The position numbers were made by a program, and so were the translations under genes. Of a DNA stretch of 64,000 nt, positions 38,547 through 47,502 are shown one piece after another. Under the pieces are notes generated by a model. The model was given only the letters and a program-made list of their open reading frames with translations, had not been told where the DNA came from and ran no database searches. Source of the DNA: an uncultured Bdellovibrionales bacterium (GTDB lineage Bacteria; Patescibacteriota; Minisyncoccia; Moranbacterales; UBA1568). Within the stretch, counting starts at the first letter, position 1. Each line of letters starts with the position of its first letter. The stretch covers positions 3,308-67,307 of the forward strand of contig CAZGXN010000002.1 of NCBI GenBank assembly GCA_964530135.1, written 5' to 3'.

Positions 38547-38903
38547 CTAATTGTCTTCGCCGTCGGCCACATCGAGGAACCAGTTGATCGCGCCGATGAG
38601 CAGCGAGAGTACCAACGCGCCGACGATGGCGTGGATAAAGGTGTCCACTTCAAATCCCTTCACTACTCCGCCGAGGAGCCAGAGGAGGAATCCGTTGATG
38701 ACGAGAGTGAAGAGTCCGAACGTCAGCAGATTGATCGGCAGCGTCAGGAGAACAAGCACCGGCTTTATGGTAAATCCGATCAGTCCCCAGAGAAGAGCCA
38801 ACACAAGCGCGACCTTCCAACTCGCGACACTGATCCCTGGCACATAGTGAGCAACGGCCCAAAAAGCTCCAGCACTGAGTGCCCAACGCAGAATAAGTTT
38901 CAT
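38547..38903 (-). CDS. DUF360 / phage-holin-4_2-like small membrane protein
   Basis: 'ILRWALSAGAFWAVAHYVPGI' N-terminal motif typical of DUF360, 3-4 TM. Confidence 0.55.
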   Translation of the reverse strand: MKLILRWALSAGAFWAVAHYVPGISVASWKVALVLALLWGLIGFTIKPVLVLLTLPINLLTFGLFTLVINGFLLWLLGGVVKGFEVDTFIHAIVGALVLSLLIGAINWFLDVADGEDN

Positions 38904-39126
38904 AAAAAAATTGTCAAGAATTAAAAGACTAAGGAACAAATAAGAAACCGCACTCTAAAAACCCTCTACCTACTACGCTTCTATTCTACACCTAAAAAAG
39001 CTTCTCTTGATAGTACCCCCTCCAAGCACGGCTCAGCAGCAAAATACGCTTGTAACGCTTAACAGGCGATCGCTTCGTATAGGTTACAAAGCCTAATACC
39101 CGTACCTTTCCCCGATCCAGTTATGT

Positions 39127-40542
39127 CTAATTTTTCCGACGCCGAATAATGGTCCCTGCCGTCTTCAGACAAATGATGATGTCCAACCAAAGCGACCAGT
39201 TTTCAATATAGAAAACATCAAGCCGGTATTCATCTTCAAAATCGAGATCTGAGCGCCCAGAGATCTGAGCCATCCCTGTAACTCCAGGCTTGATAGTGAG
39301 CAATCGGCGATGGTATTCGCTGTACTTTTCGACCTCACGCTTCTGATGCGGTCGAGGACCTACGAGACTCATCTCGCCACGGATAACATTGAAAAACTGA
39401 GGGAGTTCATCGAGTGAATAGCGTTCGATGAACGCGCCAATCTTTGTTTTCCGCGGATCATCTTTGATCTTGTAAAGTGGTCCCTGACGAATACTACGTT
39501 TTTCAATAAGCTCTCGCTCATACTGAAGCGCGGCTTCAAAATTTGGATTGTCCTTATTGATACACCATTTCCACTGCATATAGCGGAACTTGAATACTGG
39601 GATTTTCTTTCCATTTTCGCCAATCCGTTCATTGGTATAAATAATCGGCCCATCCGGATCCTCGAGTTTGGTCAGGAGAGCGATCGCGATCAGAAGCGGA
39701 GAAAAGAGGAGCGTGAGAACTGAAGCGCCGATAATATCAAATCCGCGCTTCAGTACTTTCCCCCACCCATCCAGCGGCGTATGCTGAAATTCGATGATTG
39801 GCTCACCATTGAAAATAGCCATGGTAAAGCGCGATGTCTCGCGTGTCGTTGGCAAGTACTTGAGCGTGATATTGTTGATCTGGCAATAATCGAGGAGTTT
39901 TTGCTGCTCATCATCGGTCAGTGAAGGGTCGCACACCATAACTTCATCGATACCCTGAGATTCGCGGATGTCCTTGATCGCATGCAATGAAACAGATTCG
40001 ACTTGTCCCGCGGTAACATATCCGAGTTCTGGTCGAGATGAGAAAAGGCGTTTCAGTTGTTCGATTTTTCCATTGGTGCCAACCAACAAGACGCGGTGGA
40101 TACCGACCCCCCGATTCACGAGATACCATTTTTGGATACGCTGAATGAGAAAACGCGCCGCCACAACATAGATGACTGCGAGGACCCAGCTCACAAGAAT
40201 AACAAAGCGGGAGGAAAACCATTCACGATTCAAAAATACGGCCAAAACCAAAATAATCAGACCATAGGTGACGGCCCGAAGCACTCCGAAAGCTTCTCGG
40301 GTAAAGGTGCGCGTCGCCCGCATGGTATACAGTCCTTCAAAAGCGATCGAGAGGAGAAAAAAAGGCGCGACCGTCAGTGAAAATATAAAGTAGTCCTGAA
40401 ATGTCAGATTGAAAACACGGGAAACATATCCTTGAAACACCGGCAACCCACGAAGAAAGTACGCTGAAATAGCCGCGAGGATAATCATAGCAAAATCCAC
40501 TGGCAGCTGAATGGCACTAAAATAGATTTCTGAGCGCTTCAC
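39127..40542 (-). CDS. undecaprenyl-phosphate sugar phosphotransferase (WbaP/WcaJ-like initiating enzyme)
   Basis: 4-5 N-terminal TM, C-terminal bacterial sugar-transferase signature 'DELPQFFNVIRGEMSLVGPRP'. Confidence 0.9.
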   Translation of the reverse strand: MKRSEIYFSAIQLPVDFAMIILAAISAYFLRGLPVFQGYVSRVFNLTFQDYFIFSLTVAPFFLLSIAFEGLYTMRATRTFTREAFGVLRAVTYGLIILVLAVFLNREWFSSRFVILVSWVLAVIYVVAARFLIQRIQKWYLVNRGVGIHRVLLVGTNGKIEQLKRLFSSRPELGYVTAGQVESVSLHAIKDIRESQGIDEVMVCDPSLTDDEQQKLLDYCQINNITLKYLPTTRETSRFTMAIFNGEPIIEFQHTPLDGWGKVLKRGFDIIGASVLTLLFSPLLIAIALLTKLEDPDGPIIYTNERIGENGKKIPVFKFRYMQWKWCINKDNPNFEAALQYERELIEKRSIRQGPLYKIKDDPRKTKIGAFIERYSLDELPQFFNVIRGEMSLVGPRPHQKREVEKYSEYHRRLLTIKPGVTGMAQISGRSDLDFEDEYRLDVFYIENWSLWLDIIICLKTAGTIIRRRKN

Positions 40543-40569
40543 TCCGTTTTATACATACGGATTAGATAC

Positions 40570-41095
40570 TCTCCTGTCCGAGACAACTCCCCTGCACAAA
40601 ACAGATCGATAAGCCGGATTCTGTCCCCTTTGATTGCTCTCTGGGTGACTACCATTTCTCTTGCCCCGAGATTGCTCACGGGATCTTTGCGGTTCTTCTC
40701 TACCTTTTTGAGACTCAAGAAGGTAGAGACACGACCTTGCATCGAGGTAAGGATTTAGCCGTTTCACTCCTCGACTTCACCCCAAACCAAATAGTTTAAA
40801 GTTTATACGAAGATTCAACCCTTGCGGGCTGCCTGATACCTTTCGATATCGGGCGTCACTGCTCGCACCTCTCTGATTACTCAGGACGGGTGTTACCCGC
40901 TACCGACTCCCCGCCCTTTCGACCCATCATGCACTCTTGCATACCCTATTTCAATTTCAAACCGAAATAAGTTGTTCGAGTAACCCTGCATGCCGCGACC
41001 AAAAGGGCGGGGCGATGTCCGGACTTTCCTCACCACCCTATTGTACTAGGGAAAGCGCGGTAGTCTAATCTGTTTTGTACAGGACAGCCGTACCC
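40570..41095 (-). ncRNA. rnpB: RNase P RNA (bacterial type) with expansion segments
   Basis: minus-strand reading contains the universal P4 strands 'GAGGAAAGUCCGGAC' (complement of 41017-41031) and 'ACAGAAUCCGGCUUAUCG' (complement of 40605-40622), a 'GAAAGGGCGGGG...GGUAAC' CR-II-like element and a 'CCCGCAAGGG' GNRA-type hairpin; ends approximate. Confidence 0.7.
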
Positions 41096-41170
41096 AACAT
41101 ATTGAAGCACAAATAATATGCTTTGTCAATATATTTTAACGAACAAAAAAACACCGTTCAAGACGATTGG

Positions 41171-43552
41171 CTACATCTTCAATCGGAATCCGAGACGCTC
41201 CTCTGACATCGCTACAATACGCTGAAATACAGCATCCATCTCATCCCCCGAGAGTGTCCGATCAGCTGAACCAAAAGAAAGATGGAAGGCAAAACTTTTT
41301 TCTTCGCCAGTCTCATAGACATCAAAGAGTTCGGCGGCAACGAGCAGAGGTGCGCCAGCACTTGTCAGCACTGTTTCGAGATCAGCATACGAAACAGTTT
41401 TCGGACCGATGAGCGAGATATCGCGATGTGCTCGAGGGAAACGTGAAAATTCACGGTAGCTGAGCTCTGTCTGAGCGGCATTCAAGAGCACCTGAACCGA
41501 AAGTTCGGAAAAATAGGCCTTTGATCCGCCCACAGCAAAGCGACGAGATGCTTCCGGACTGATCTCGCCAGCGAAGCCGAGATGCTCCCCACTCCGTGTC
41601 GTGAGATGCGCCACGCGTCCAGGATGAAACATCTTTGGCTCACCGATAGCCATTTCATTCCATATGACTTCGACCCGAAGTGTATCAAAAAGTACCTGAA
41701 GGCGAGATTTAAACTGAAGGAAAGACTCCGTGTCCGAATCCCCACCTGGACCAAAAGTAACAAGGGCGACTTGTTTTTCTTCAAATGGACCGTCATCCCC
41801 ACGCCGATAAACACGCCCCCACTCGAAAAGACTAAACCGATCATACTGTTTGGCATTGACTGCCACAGCGAGAGAGAGACCCGGGAAAAGACTTGCTCGC
41901 AGGTACGCCTGATCCGGATTCATAGGATTGGCCAGCGCCAAATGCTCGGCTTGCGGCAACGGAACTAATGAAAGGTTTTTTTCGCTATAGAATGAATACG
42001 CTAGAATTTCATCGAAACCCATCGCGGCCAGTGTTGTTTTCATTGTGCGTTCAAAGGCCTTGGCTGGATCACGCCGAGACGGCACTACCGGCAAACACAA
42101 TGGTTGGGATTCGATCCTTTGATACCCATAGAGGCGGCCGATTTCTTCGATGAGGTCCTCGGGCGCACGCAAGTCGGGACGGTGTAGCGGTACGACTACC
42201 TTCAGTGCTGATCGATTTGGTATTTTTTTCACTGCAAGTCCGAGCCAAGAGCAGAATTGAACTGCTTGGAACAACGGAATCTTTATCCCCAAAAGACTCT
42301 CAAGGGAAGCGAGCTCCAAAATAATTGTCAATGACTTCAATGGTTTCGCTGATTTCGCAACAACATCACGGATCGCAAGTGTCCCCTTGATACCCCACGC
42401 CGACACAGCCTGAGCAAGAAGGATAGCTGCTTCAATTGGCCGATCTCTATCGACACCCCGCTCATACCGATAGGCTGCATCCGTGAGGAGCCGGTGGCGT
42501 TTTTCGGTGCGGCGGATACTCTGAGCATCAAAACTCGCAATTTCAAACAGCACCCTCTTCGTTTTTTCGGTGATCGCTGAATGTTTGCCGCCCATGACAC
42601 CGGCGAGCGCCAATGGTTTCTTCGTATCCGCAATCACAAGGTCATCCTTGGAGAGTGTGATCGATGTACCGTCGAGCAAGGTAAGCCGTTCACGAGATCT
42701 CGCCTCACGCACGACGATCCCACCCTTGGGAATTGCATCCGCATCAAACGCGTGCACCGGCTGCCCTGTCTCAAGCATGAGATAATTGGTCAAATCAACA
42801 AATGTATTCACTGGACGCTGACCGGAGAGGACCAGTCGCACCTGAACCATCAGCGGACTCTGACCCATCGTTACTGGCTCGAGCAAGAGCGCGAGATAGC
42901 GTTTGGAGCGATCAGTTTTGATAACCACTTTGGGAACCCGCGGGCTGCGGCGTATTCGAGGAGATTTTTTTTCGGCTGAACAATAGGCGGCGATGCCCCC
43001 TTCCAATGCAGCAATCTCACGGGCCAGTCCCCGATATGAAAGTGCATCACAACTCCGATCTGGAAGAATCTTCACATCCAACACCGTATCGACAAGACCG
43101 GCATAGAGAGCAAAATCTCGGCCGATTGGGGCATCATCCGGCAACACCAAAATACCGGTATGCTCACCACCGAGTCCAAGCTCTTTCGCTGAACAGAGCA
43201 TGCCCGCGGACTGCACACCCCGCAGCTCCGCAGCCTTGATCTCAATGCCTCCGGGTAAGCGCGCGCCCACAAGAGCCACCGCAACTTTTTGTCCCCGAGC
43301 AAGATTGGGCGCACCACAAACGATTTCATGAAGCGCTTTCCGACCAGTCGAAACAGTTGCAACCTGAAGTCGATCAGCATTGGGATGCGGTTTTACGGCC
43401 AAAACTTTTCCCACGACGACGGATGAGAGGCCATGAGCATAGGGCACAACAGATTCGACCTCAAACGCGTGTGTCATTAAAAGTGCCGCAAGTTTTTCGG
43501 GAGATTTGCGAGTACCAGAGAGCTCTCTGAGCCAGCGATAACTAAAATACAT
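41171..43552 (-). CDS. pheT: phenylalanine--tRNA ligase beta subunit
   Basis: N-terminal 'MYFSYRWLRELSG' (cf. E. coli MKFSELWLREW), about 790 aa, adjacent to pheS. Confidence 0.9.
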   Translation of the reverse strand: MYFSYRWLRELSGTRKSPEKLAALLMTHAFEVESVVPYAHGLSSVVVGKVLAVKPHPNADRLQVATVSTGRKALHEIVCGAPNLARGQKVAVALVGARLPGGIEIKAAELRGVQSAGMLCSAKELGLGGEHTGILVLPDDAPIGRDFALYAGLVDTVLDVKILPDRSCDALSYRGLAREIAALEGGIAAYCSAEKKSPRIRRSPRVPKVVIKTDRSKRYLALLLEPVTMGQSPLMVQVRLVLSGQRPVNTFVDLTNYLMLETGQPVHAFDADAIPKGGIVVREARSRERLTLLDGTSITLSKDDLVIADTKKPLALAGVMGGKHSAITEKTKRVLFEIASFDAQSIRRTEKRHRLLTDAAYRYERGVDRDRPIEAAILLAQAVSAWGIKGTLAIRDVVAKSAKPLKSLTIILELASLESLLGIKIPLFQAVQFCSWLGLAVKKIPNRSALKVVVPLHRPDLRAPEDLIEEIGRLYGYQRIESQPLCLPVVPSRRDPAKAFERTMKTTLAAMGFDEILAYSFYSEKNLSLVPLPQAEHLALANPMNPDQAYLRASLFPGLSLAVAVNAKQYDRFSLFEWGRVYRRGDDGPFEEKQVALVTFGPGGDSDTESFLQFKSRLQVLFDTLRVEVIWNEMAIGEPKMFHPGRVAHLTTRSGEHLGFAGEISPEASRRFAVGGSKAYFSELSVQVLLNAAQTELSYREFSRFPRAHRDISLIGPKTVSYADLETVLTSAGAPLLVAAELFDVYETGEEKSFAFHLSFGSADRTLSGDEMDAVFQRIVAMSEERLGFRLKM

Positions 43553-43555
43553 AGG

Positions 43556-44587
43556 CTAAAATTGGCGGATAAAACGGAGATCGCCCGACATGAGGAGTCG
43601 GATATCGGGAATTTTATACTTCATCATCGCCAACCGTGTCAGACCAAAGCCCCAAGCGAAACCCTGATAACGATTTCGTGGATATCCAGCAGCCTCAAAG
43701 ACATTTTGATGGACCATGCCGGCACCACCGATTTCGAGCCAGCCTGTTCCCTTACATACCGGACAACCCCGACCAGAGCAAAGGAGACAATTCACATCAA
43801 ACTCAAAGGACGGTTCGGTAAAAGGAAAAAAGCTCGGACGCAAACGAATCGTCGTTTCACGCTCGAAGAATGCCGTGAAAAATGATTCGGCTATTGATTT
43901 AAAATTGGCCACAGATACATCCTCCCCGACGACGAGGCATTCAAACTGATTGAAAGTATGCTCATGCGAAGCATCAGTTGCTTCGTTGCGGAAGATGCGG
44001 CCTGGGATGATGATCTGAAACGGCGGCTGGTGCAACTCCATGTAGCGCACCTGTACCGCTGAAGTATGCGTCCGTGGGAGGTATTTCTTCTTCCCCCAGC
44101 TTTCAGTGAGCCAAAAAGCATCCTGCATATCCCGAGCTGGATGATCGGGCGGAAAGTTCAAGGCATCGAAGTTGTACCATTCACTTTCAATTTCGGGACC
44201 ATCAGCAATCGAGAACCCCATTGAAGTGAAGATATCCTCGATTTCATACTCAATTCGGGTAATAGGATGCAGGTGCCCAGCACCGTCGCCCGTACCCGGA
44301 AGCGTTACATCAATATGCCCCTTGTCCAGATTTTGATGCGTAGCAGCGACCGTCTGACGGGTTGTTTCGAGTGCCTGGACCATCTCACGTTTCATCACAT
44401 TACCTGCCGCGCCGACTTTTTTACGCTCTTCAGGTGAGAGTTCCTTCACACCACGAAGCAAGGAATTGAATTCACTTTTCCGGCCGAGATACATATTTTC
44501 CCAGATACGCAAACTCGCCTCATCCTTGGCTTGGGCGAGTGCGGCGAGTGCCTCTGTTTTGATAGCTTCAATTCGATCGAGTATCAT
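43556..44587 (-). CDS. pheS: phenylalanine--tRNA ligase alpha subunit
   Basis: class II motifs 'FPFTEPSFE', '[13 protein letters not shown]'. Confidence 0.9.
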   Translation of the reverse strand: MILDRIEAIKTEALAALAQAKDEASLRIWENMYLGRKSEFNSLLRGVKELSPEERKKVGAAGNVMKREMVQALETTRQTVAATHQNLDKGHIDVTLPGTGDGAGHLHPITRIEYEIEDIFTSMGFSIADGPEIESEWYNFDALNFPPDHPARDMQDAFWLTESWGKKKYLPRTHTSAVQVRYMELHQPPFQIIIPGRIFRNEATDASHEHTFNQFECLVVGEDVSVANFKSIAESFFTAFFERETTIRLRPSFFPFTEPSFEFDVNCLLCSGRGCPVCKGTGWLEIGGAGMVHQNVFEAAGYPRNRYQGFAWGFGLTRLAMMKYKIPDIRLLMSGDLRFIRQF

Positions 44588-44618
44588 GTGATCATTCTAT
44601 CGTTTGCATCTCGGTCGG

Positions 44619-45809
44619 TCAAAAAACAATTCTGAAGAAATCTTTTTTCCCGACTTTGACAACCGCCCCCGCATCATTTGTTGAAACAACCGCTGCAAAA
44701 TCCTCAAGCCTCTTTTCATTGAGAGAAACACCCCCTTGCTCGATCTTGCGTCGTGCATCGCCCTTACTCGTTGCCATTCCGGCTACCACGAGTAGCTCAG
44801 TAAACGCCACACCGGCAGTCGTTTTGATGGAAGGCATCTCTGTCGGTGTTTGTCCTTTGCTAAAGGTATCAATGAAATACTGCTCAGCTGCCGCACCCAC
44901 TTCAGCTCCGTGATAGAGCGTTACAATTTCCTTGGCGAGTCGGAGCTTGGCATCGCGCGGATTGCCGCCAGTTACGATATCCTCAGCAAATTTCGCTATC
45001 TCTCCCATCGAAATACGCGTGCAATGTACAAAGTAGTCTGTGATACTCTCGTCCGAAATGCTCATACATTTGCCAAACATATCATTCGGCGTATCGAGCA
45101 AATTGATCGTATTCCCCCAGGAAGAGCTCATCTTGCGCCCATCTGTCCCAAGGATGAGATTGGTCATGAGGATATCCTGTGGCGCTTGATTATATTTGGG
45201 CTGCATAGTCCGGCCGGCGAGGAGGTTGAAACGCTGATCGGTGCCGCCAAGCTCGACATCCGACTTCACAGCCACCGAGTCATATCCTTGAAATAGCGGG
45301 TAGAGCATCTCATGGAAAGAAACTCTTTGCCCAGTTGCCAGACGCTTCGCGATCACTTCACGCGATGCAAATTCATGAAGACTAAATATACTGGCCATAT
45401 TGCCCAATTCGAGCAGACCAAGCTTTGAGAGCCATTCTGAATTGTAGTGAGTCTCAGTGTTTGTTTTATCGAGAATTTTGAAGGCTTGTTCCAAATAACT
45501 CTTCATATTGTCCTCTACCTCTTCCCGTGTGAGCATCGGTCGTTCACTTTCTTTATCTGATGTATCGCCGATAACTCCGGTGAAGTCCCCAACAATAAAC
45601 ACGACCTGACAGCCGAGGTCTTGAAAGTCACGCAGCTTCAAGAGCGGTACCGAACGGCCCAGATGGAGATTGGGGCTGGTCGGATCGATGCCGAGCTTCA
45701 CCCGAAGTTTTTCACCGGCGAGCAAACGTTTCTTCAAGTGCTCATGGTCGATGACTTCTGCCACGCCGCGAGTGAGAAGCTCCTCAATTTTCTGTTCTCG
45801 GTTTTCCAT
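44619..45809 (-). CDS. tyrS: tyrosine--tRNA ligase
   Basis: HIGH-type 'PNLHLGR', KMSKS-type 'KMSSS', C-terminal S4 domain. Confidence 0.85.
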   Translation of the reverse strand: MENREQKIEELLTRGVAEVIDHEHLKKRLLAGEKLRVKLGIDPTSPNLHLGRSVPLLKLRDFQDLGCQVVFIVGDFTGVIGDTSDKESERPMLTREEVEDNMKSYLEQAFKILDKTNTETHYNSEWLSKLGLLELGNMASIFSLHEFASREVIAKRLATGQRVSFHEMLYPLFQGYDSVAVKSDVELGGTDQRFNLLAGRTMQPKYNQAPQDILMTNLILGTDGRKMSSSWGNTINLLDTPNDMFGKCMSISDESITDYFVHCTRISMGEIAKFAEDIVTGGNPRDAKLRLAKEIVTLYHGAEVGAAAEQYFIDTFSKGQTPTEMPSIKTTAGVAFTELLVVAGMATSKGDARRKIEQGGVSLNEKRLEDFAAVVSTNDAGAVVKVGKKDFFRIVF

Positions 45810-45818
45810 AGATATATT

Positions 45819-46262
45819 CTACCACCCGTATTCACTGAAAAAGACACCTCTCTCTATATTCTCGAGGGCCACACGAATATACGGAATCGTATTCTCTGGT
45901 AATTCCGTCATTGGAAACCAAGCAAGATCGTCACATTTTTCTGGTTCCAGATTTTTCACATCACCCTCCCATGTCTCAGTTGTATAAAAAGTATCGACCC
46001 GCTCTGATCCATCCGTATCCGCCTTGCGATGCATGATATGAACGACGCGGACATGCTCTGGTTGCAGCCGGATACCTATCTCCTCACTCATCTCGCGGAT
46101 CAGTGCCTGCGTGAAGGTCTCGCCAATTTCCACATGTCCCGCCGGCAATGAATAATAGCCATCATAGAACCCCGAGTTGGCACGCCGGACGAGTAGCACC
46201 TTCCCCTCCTGCATCAAGGTCAGGTATGAGGCGGTGATGGTTGTTGGAAGATGTTTCCCCAT
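45819..46262 (-). CDS. NUDIX hydrolase
   Basis: Nudix box 'GHVEIGETFTQALIREMSEEIGI'; start at the internal ATG to avoid overlapping the next gene. Confidence 0.75.
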   Translation of the reverse strand: MGKHLPTTITASYLTLMQEGKVLLVRRANSGFYDGYYSLPAGHVEIGETFTQALIREMSEEIGIRLQPEHVRVVHIMHRKADTDGSERVDTFYTTETWEGDVKNLEPEKCDDLAWFPMTELPENTIPYIRVALENIERGVFFSEYGW

Positions 46263-46263
46263 A

Positions 46264-46575
46264 CTAAAGCCCGAGTTTGCGTTTGGCGAGACGGTACTGG
46301 TCATCCGACATCTGTCCCGCCTTCTTCATCGCTTCGAGCTGGGCGAGGATCTCGCCCTTGTGCTTCTCGATATTCTTCGGGGTCATGGCTTTCTGCATCA
46401 CCTTCTGCCGCTCTTCGGGCGACATTTTCAGAACACGCTTCATCGCAAAACGCTGAAACATATTCATGTCCTTGGCACCCGGCAACGCATTGAATTCCGC
46501 CTCGAGCTTGGCCGCCGTCGTATCAATATCATCCCCCTCACCCACCACCTCTTTCTTAAATGGATTCCACTTCAT
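46264..46575 (-). CDS. small Lys-rich hypothetical protein
   Basis: 103 aa ORF filling the gap between nudix and secF on the same strand; no recognisable domain. Confidence 0.4.
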   Translation of the reverse strand: MKWNPFKKEVVGEGDDIDTTAAKLEAEFNALPGAKDMNMFQRFAMKRVLKMSPEERQKVMQKAMTPKNIEKHKGEILAQLEAMKKAGQMSDDQYRLAKRKLGL

Positions 46576-46584
46576 AGTAGATAT

Positions 46585-47499
46585 TTAGGCGTTAATTTTT
46601 TCTGGAAACTTCATTTTGAATCGGGAAACGAGGAGCGCCGAGGCGACAAAGATCGACGAGTAGGTACCAAATCCGACACCAACCAAGAGAGCTACCGCGA
46701 ACCAACGGACACTCTCCCCACCCCAGACTACTACCGCGATGAGCACAATGATAACCGTCAGCGAAGTATTCACCGATCGAACAAGTGTTTCATTGAGCGA
46801 ATGGTTTACAATCCCTTCAAAGTCTGTTCCTTTTCGGCTGCGGAGCAAATTCTCTCGTACTCGATCATAGACGACGATCGTATCGTTCACTGAGTAACCG
46901 AGGATAGTGAGGAGCGCCGCGATAAAGGGTACCCCGACTTCCACGCCATAAAAGTGTCCCAACAGACTGAATGTGCCAACTGTGATAATGATGTCATGGG
47001 CGAGCGCAATGATAGCACCCACACCATACTCCCAGCTCGTTACCGGATAGGCAACACGCCGAAAGGCCCAGGCGATGTACAATGCAATGCCAAGGAGCGC
47101 CAGGAGCGTCCCTGTGAAGGCCTGACGCTGCATCTGATCGGAGACCGAAGCGCCGATAAAGTCCACTCGGAGCTGCTCGATGGTGGGATCGATACCCTTC
47201 AGCGCGGCAAGTACCTGATCATTTGTCGTTTCGTCCGAAGCGAGGTAGCGCAAAAGCATCCCACGCTCGGCCGTCGGCTGAAGCGTCAGACTTTGAAGCT
47301 CGATCACAGCGAGTTTTTCTCGGACTGTATCCACGGCTGGTGTGGCAGACTCACTGAAGCGTACTTCCATGAGCGTCCCCCCTTTGAAATCAATCCCGAG
47401 CCGCAGTCCGTAGTAAATAATGCACGCGATACTTACCAGTGTGATGAGTACTGAAAAGATGTATGCGTATTTCCGCTTTTGGATGATATTCAATTGCAT
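46585..47499 (-). CDS. secF: protein translocase subunit SecF
   Basis: 6 TM, 'GIDFKGGT' periplasmic motif, follows secD. Confidence 0.9.
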   Translation of the reverse strand: MQLNIIQKRKYAYIFSVLITLVSIACIIYYGLRLGIDFKGGTLMEVRFSESATPAVDTVREKLAVIELQSLTLQPTAERGMLLRYLASDETTNDQVLAALKGIDPTIEQLRVDFIGASVSDQMQRQAFTGTLLALLGIALYIAWAFRRVAYPVTSWEYGVGAIIALAHDIIITVGTFSLLGHFYGVEVGVPFIAALLTILGYSVNDTIVVYDRVRENLLRSRKGTDFEGIVNHSLNETLVRSVNTSLTVIIVLIAVVVWGGESVRWFAVALLVGVGFGTYSSIFVASALLVSRFKMKFPEKINA

Positions 47500-47502
47500 A
47501 GG

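Noticed and set aside
38904-39126. Possible tRNA or structured RNA in the wbaP-to-DUF360 intergenic region
   Set aside because: Only an imperfect 9-bp hairpin (GCTTGTAAC...GTTACAAAGC) was found. There is no T-loop (GTTCRANYC) or cloverleaf, so no tRNA can be supported.
46177-46893. 238-aa plus-strand ORF
   Set aside because: It is antisense to secF and to the small minus-strand ORF, on the wrong strand for the operon. Its composition is Arg/His-rich and artefact-like.
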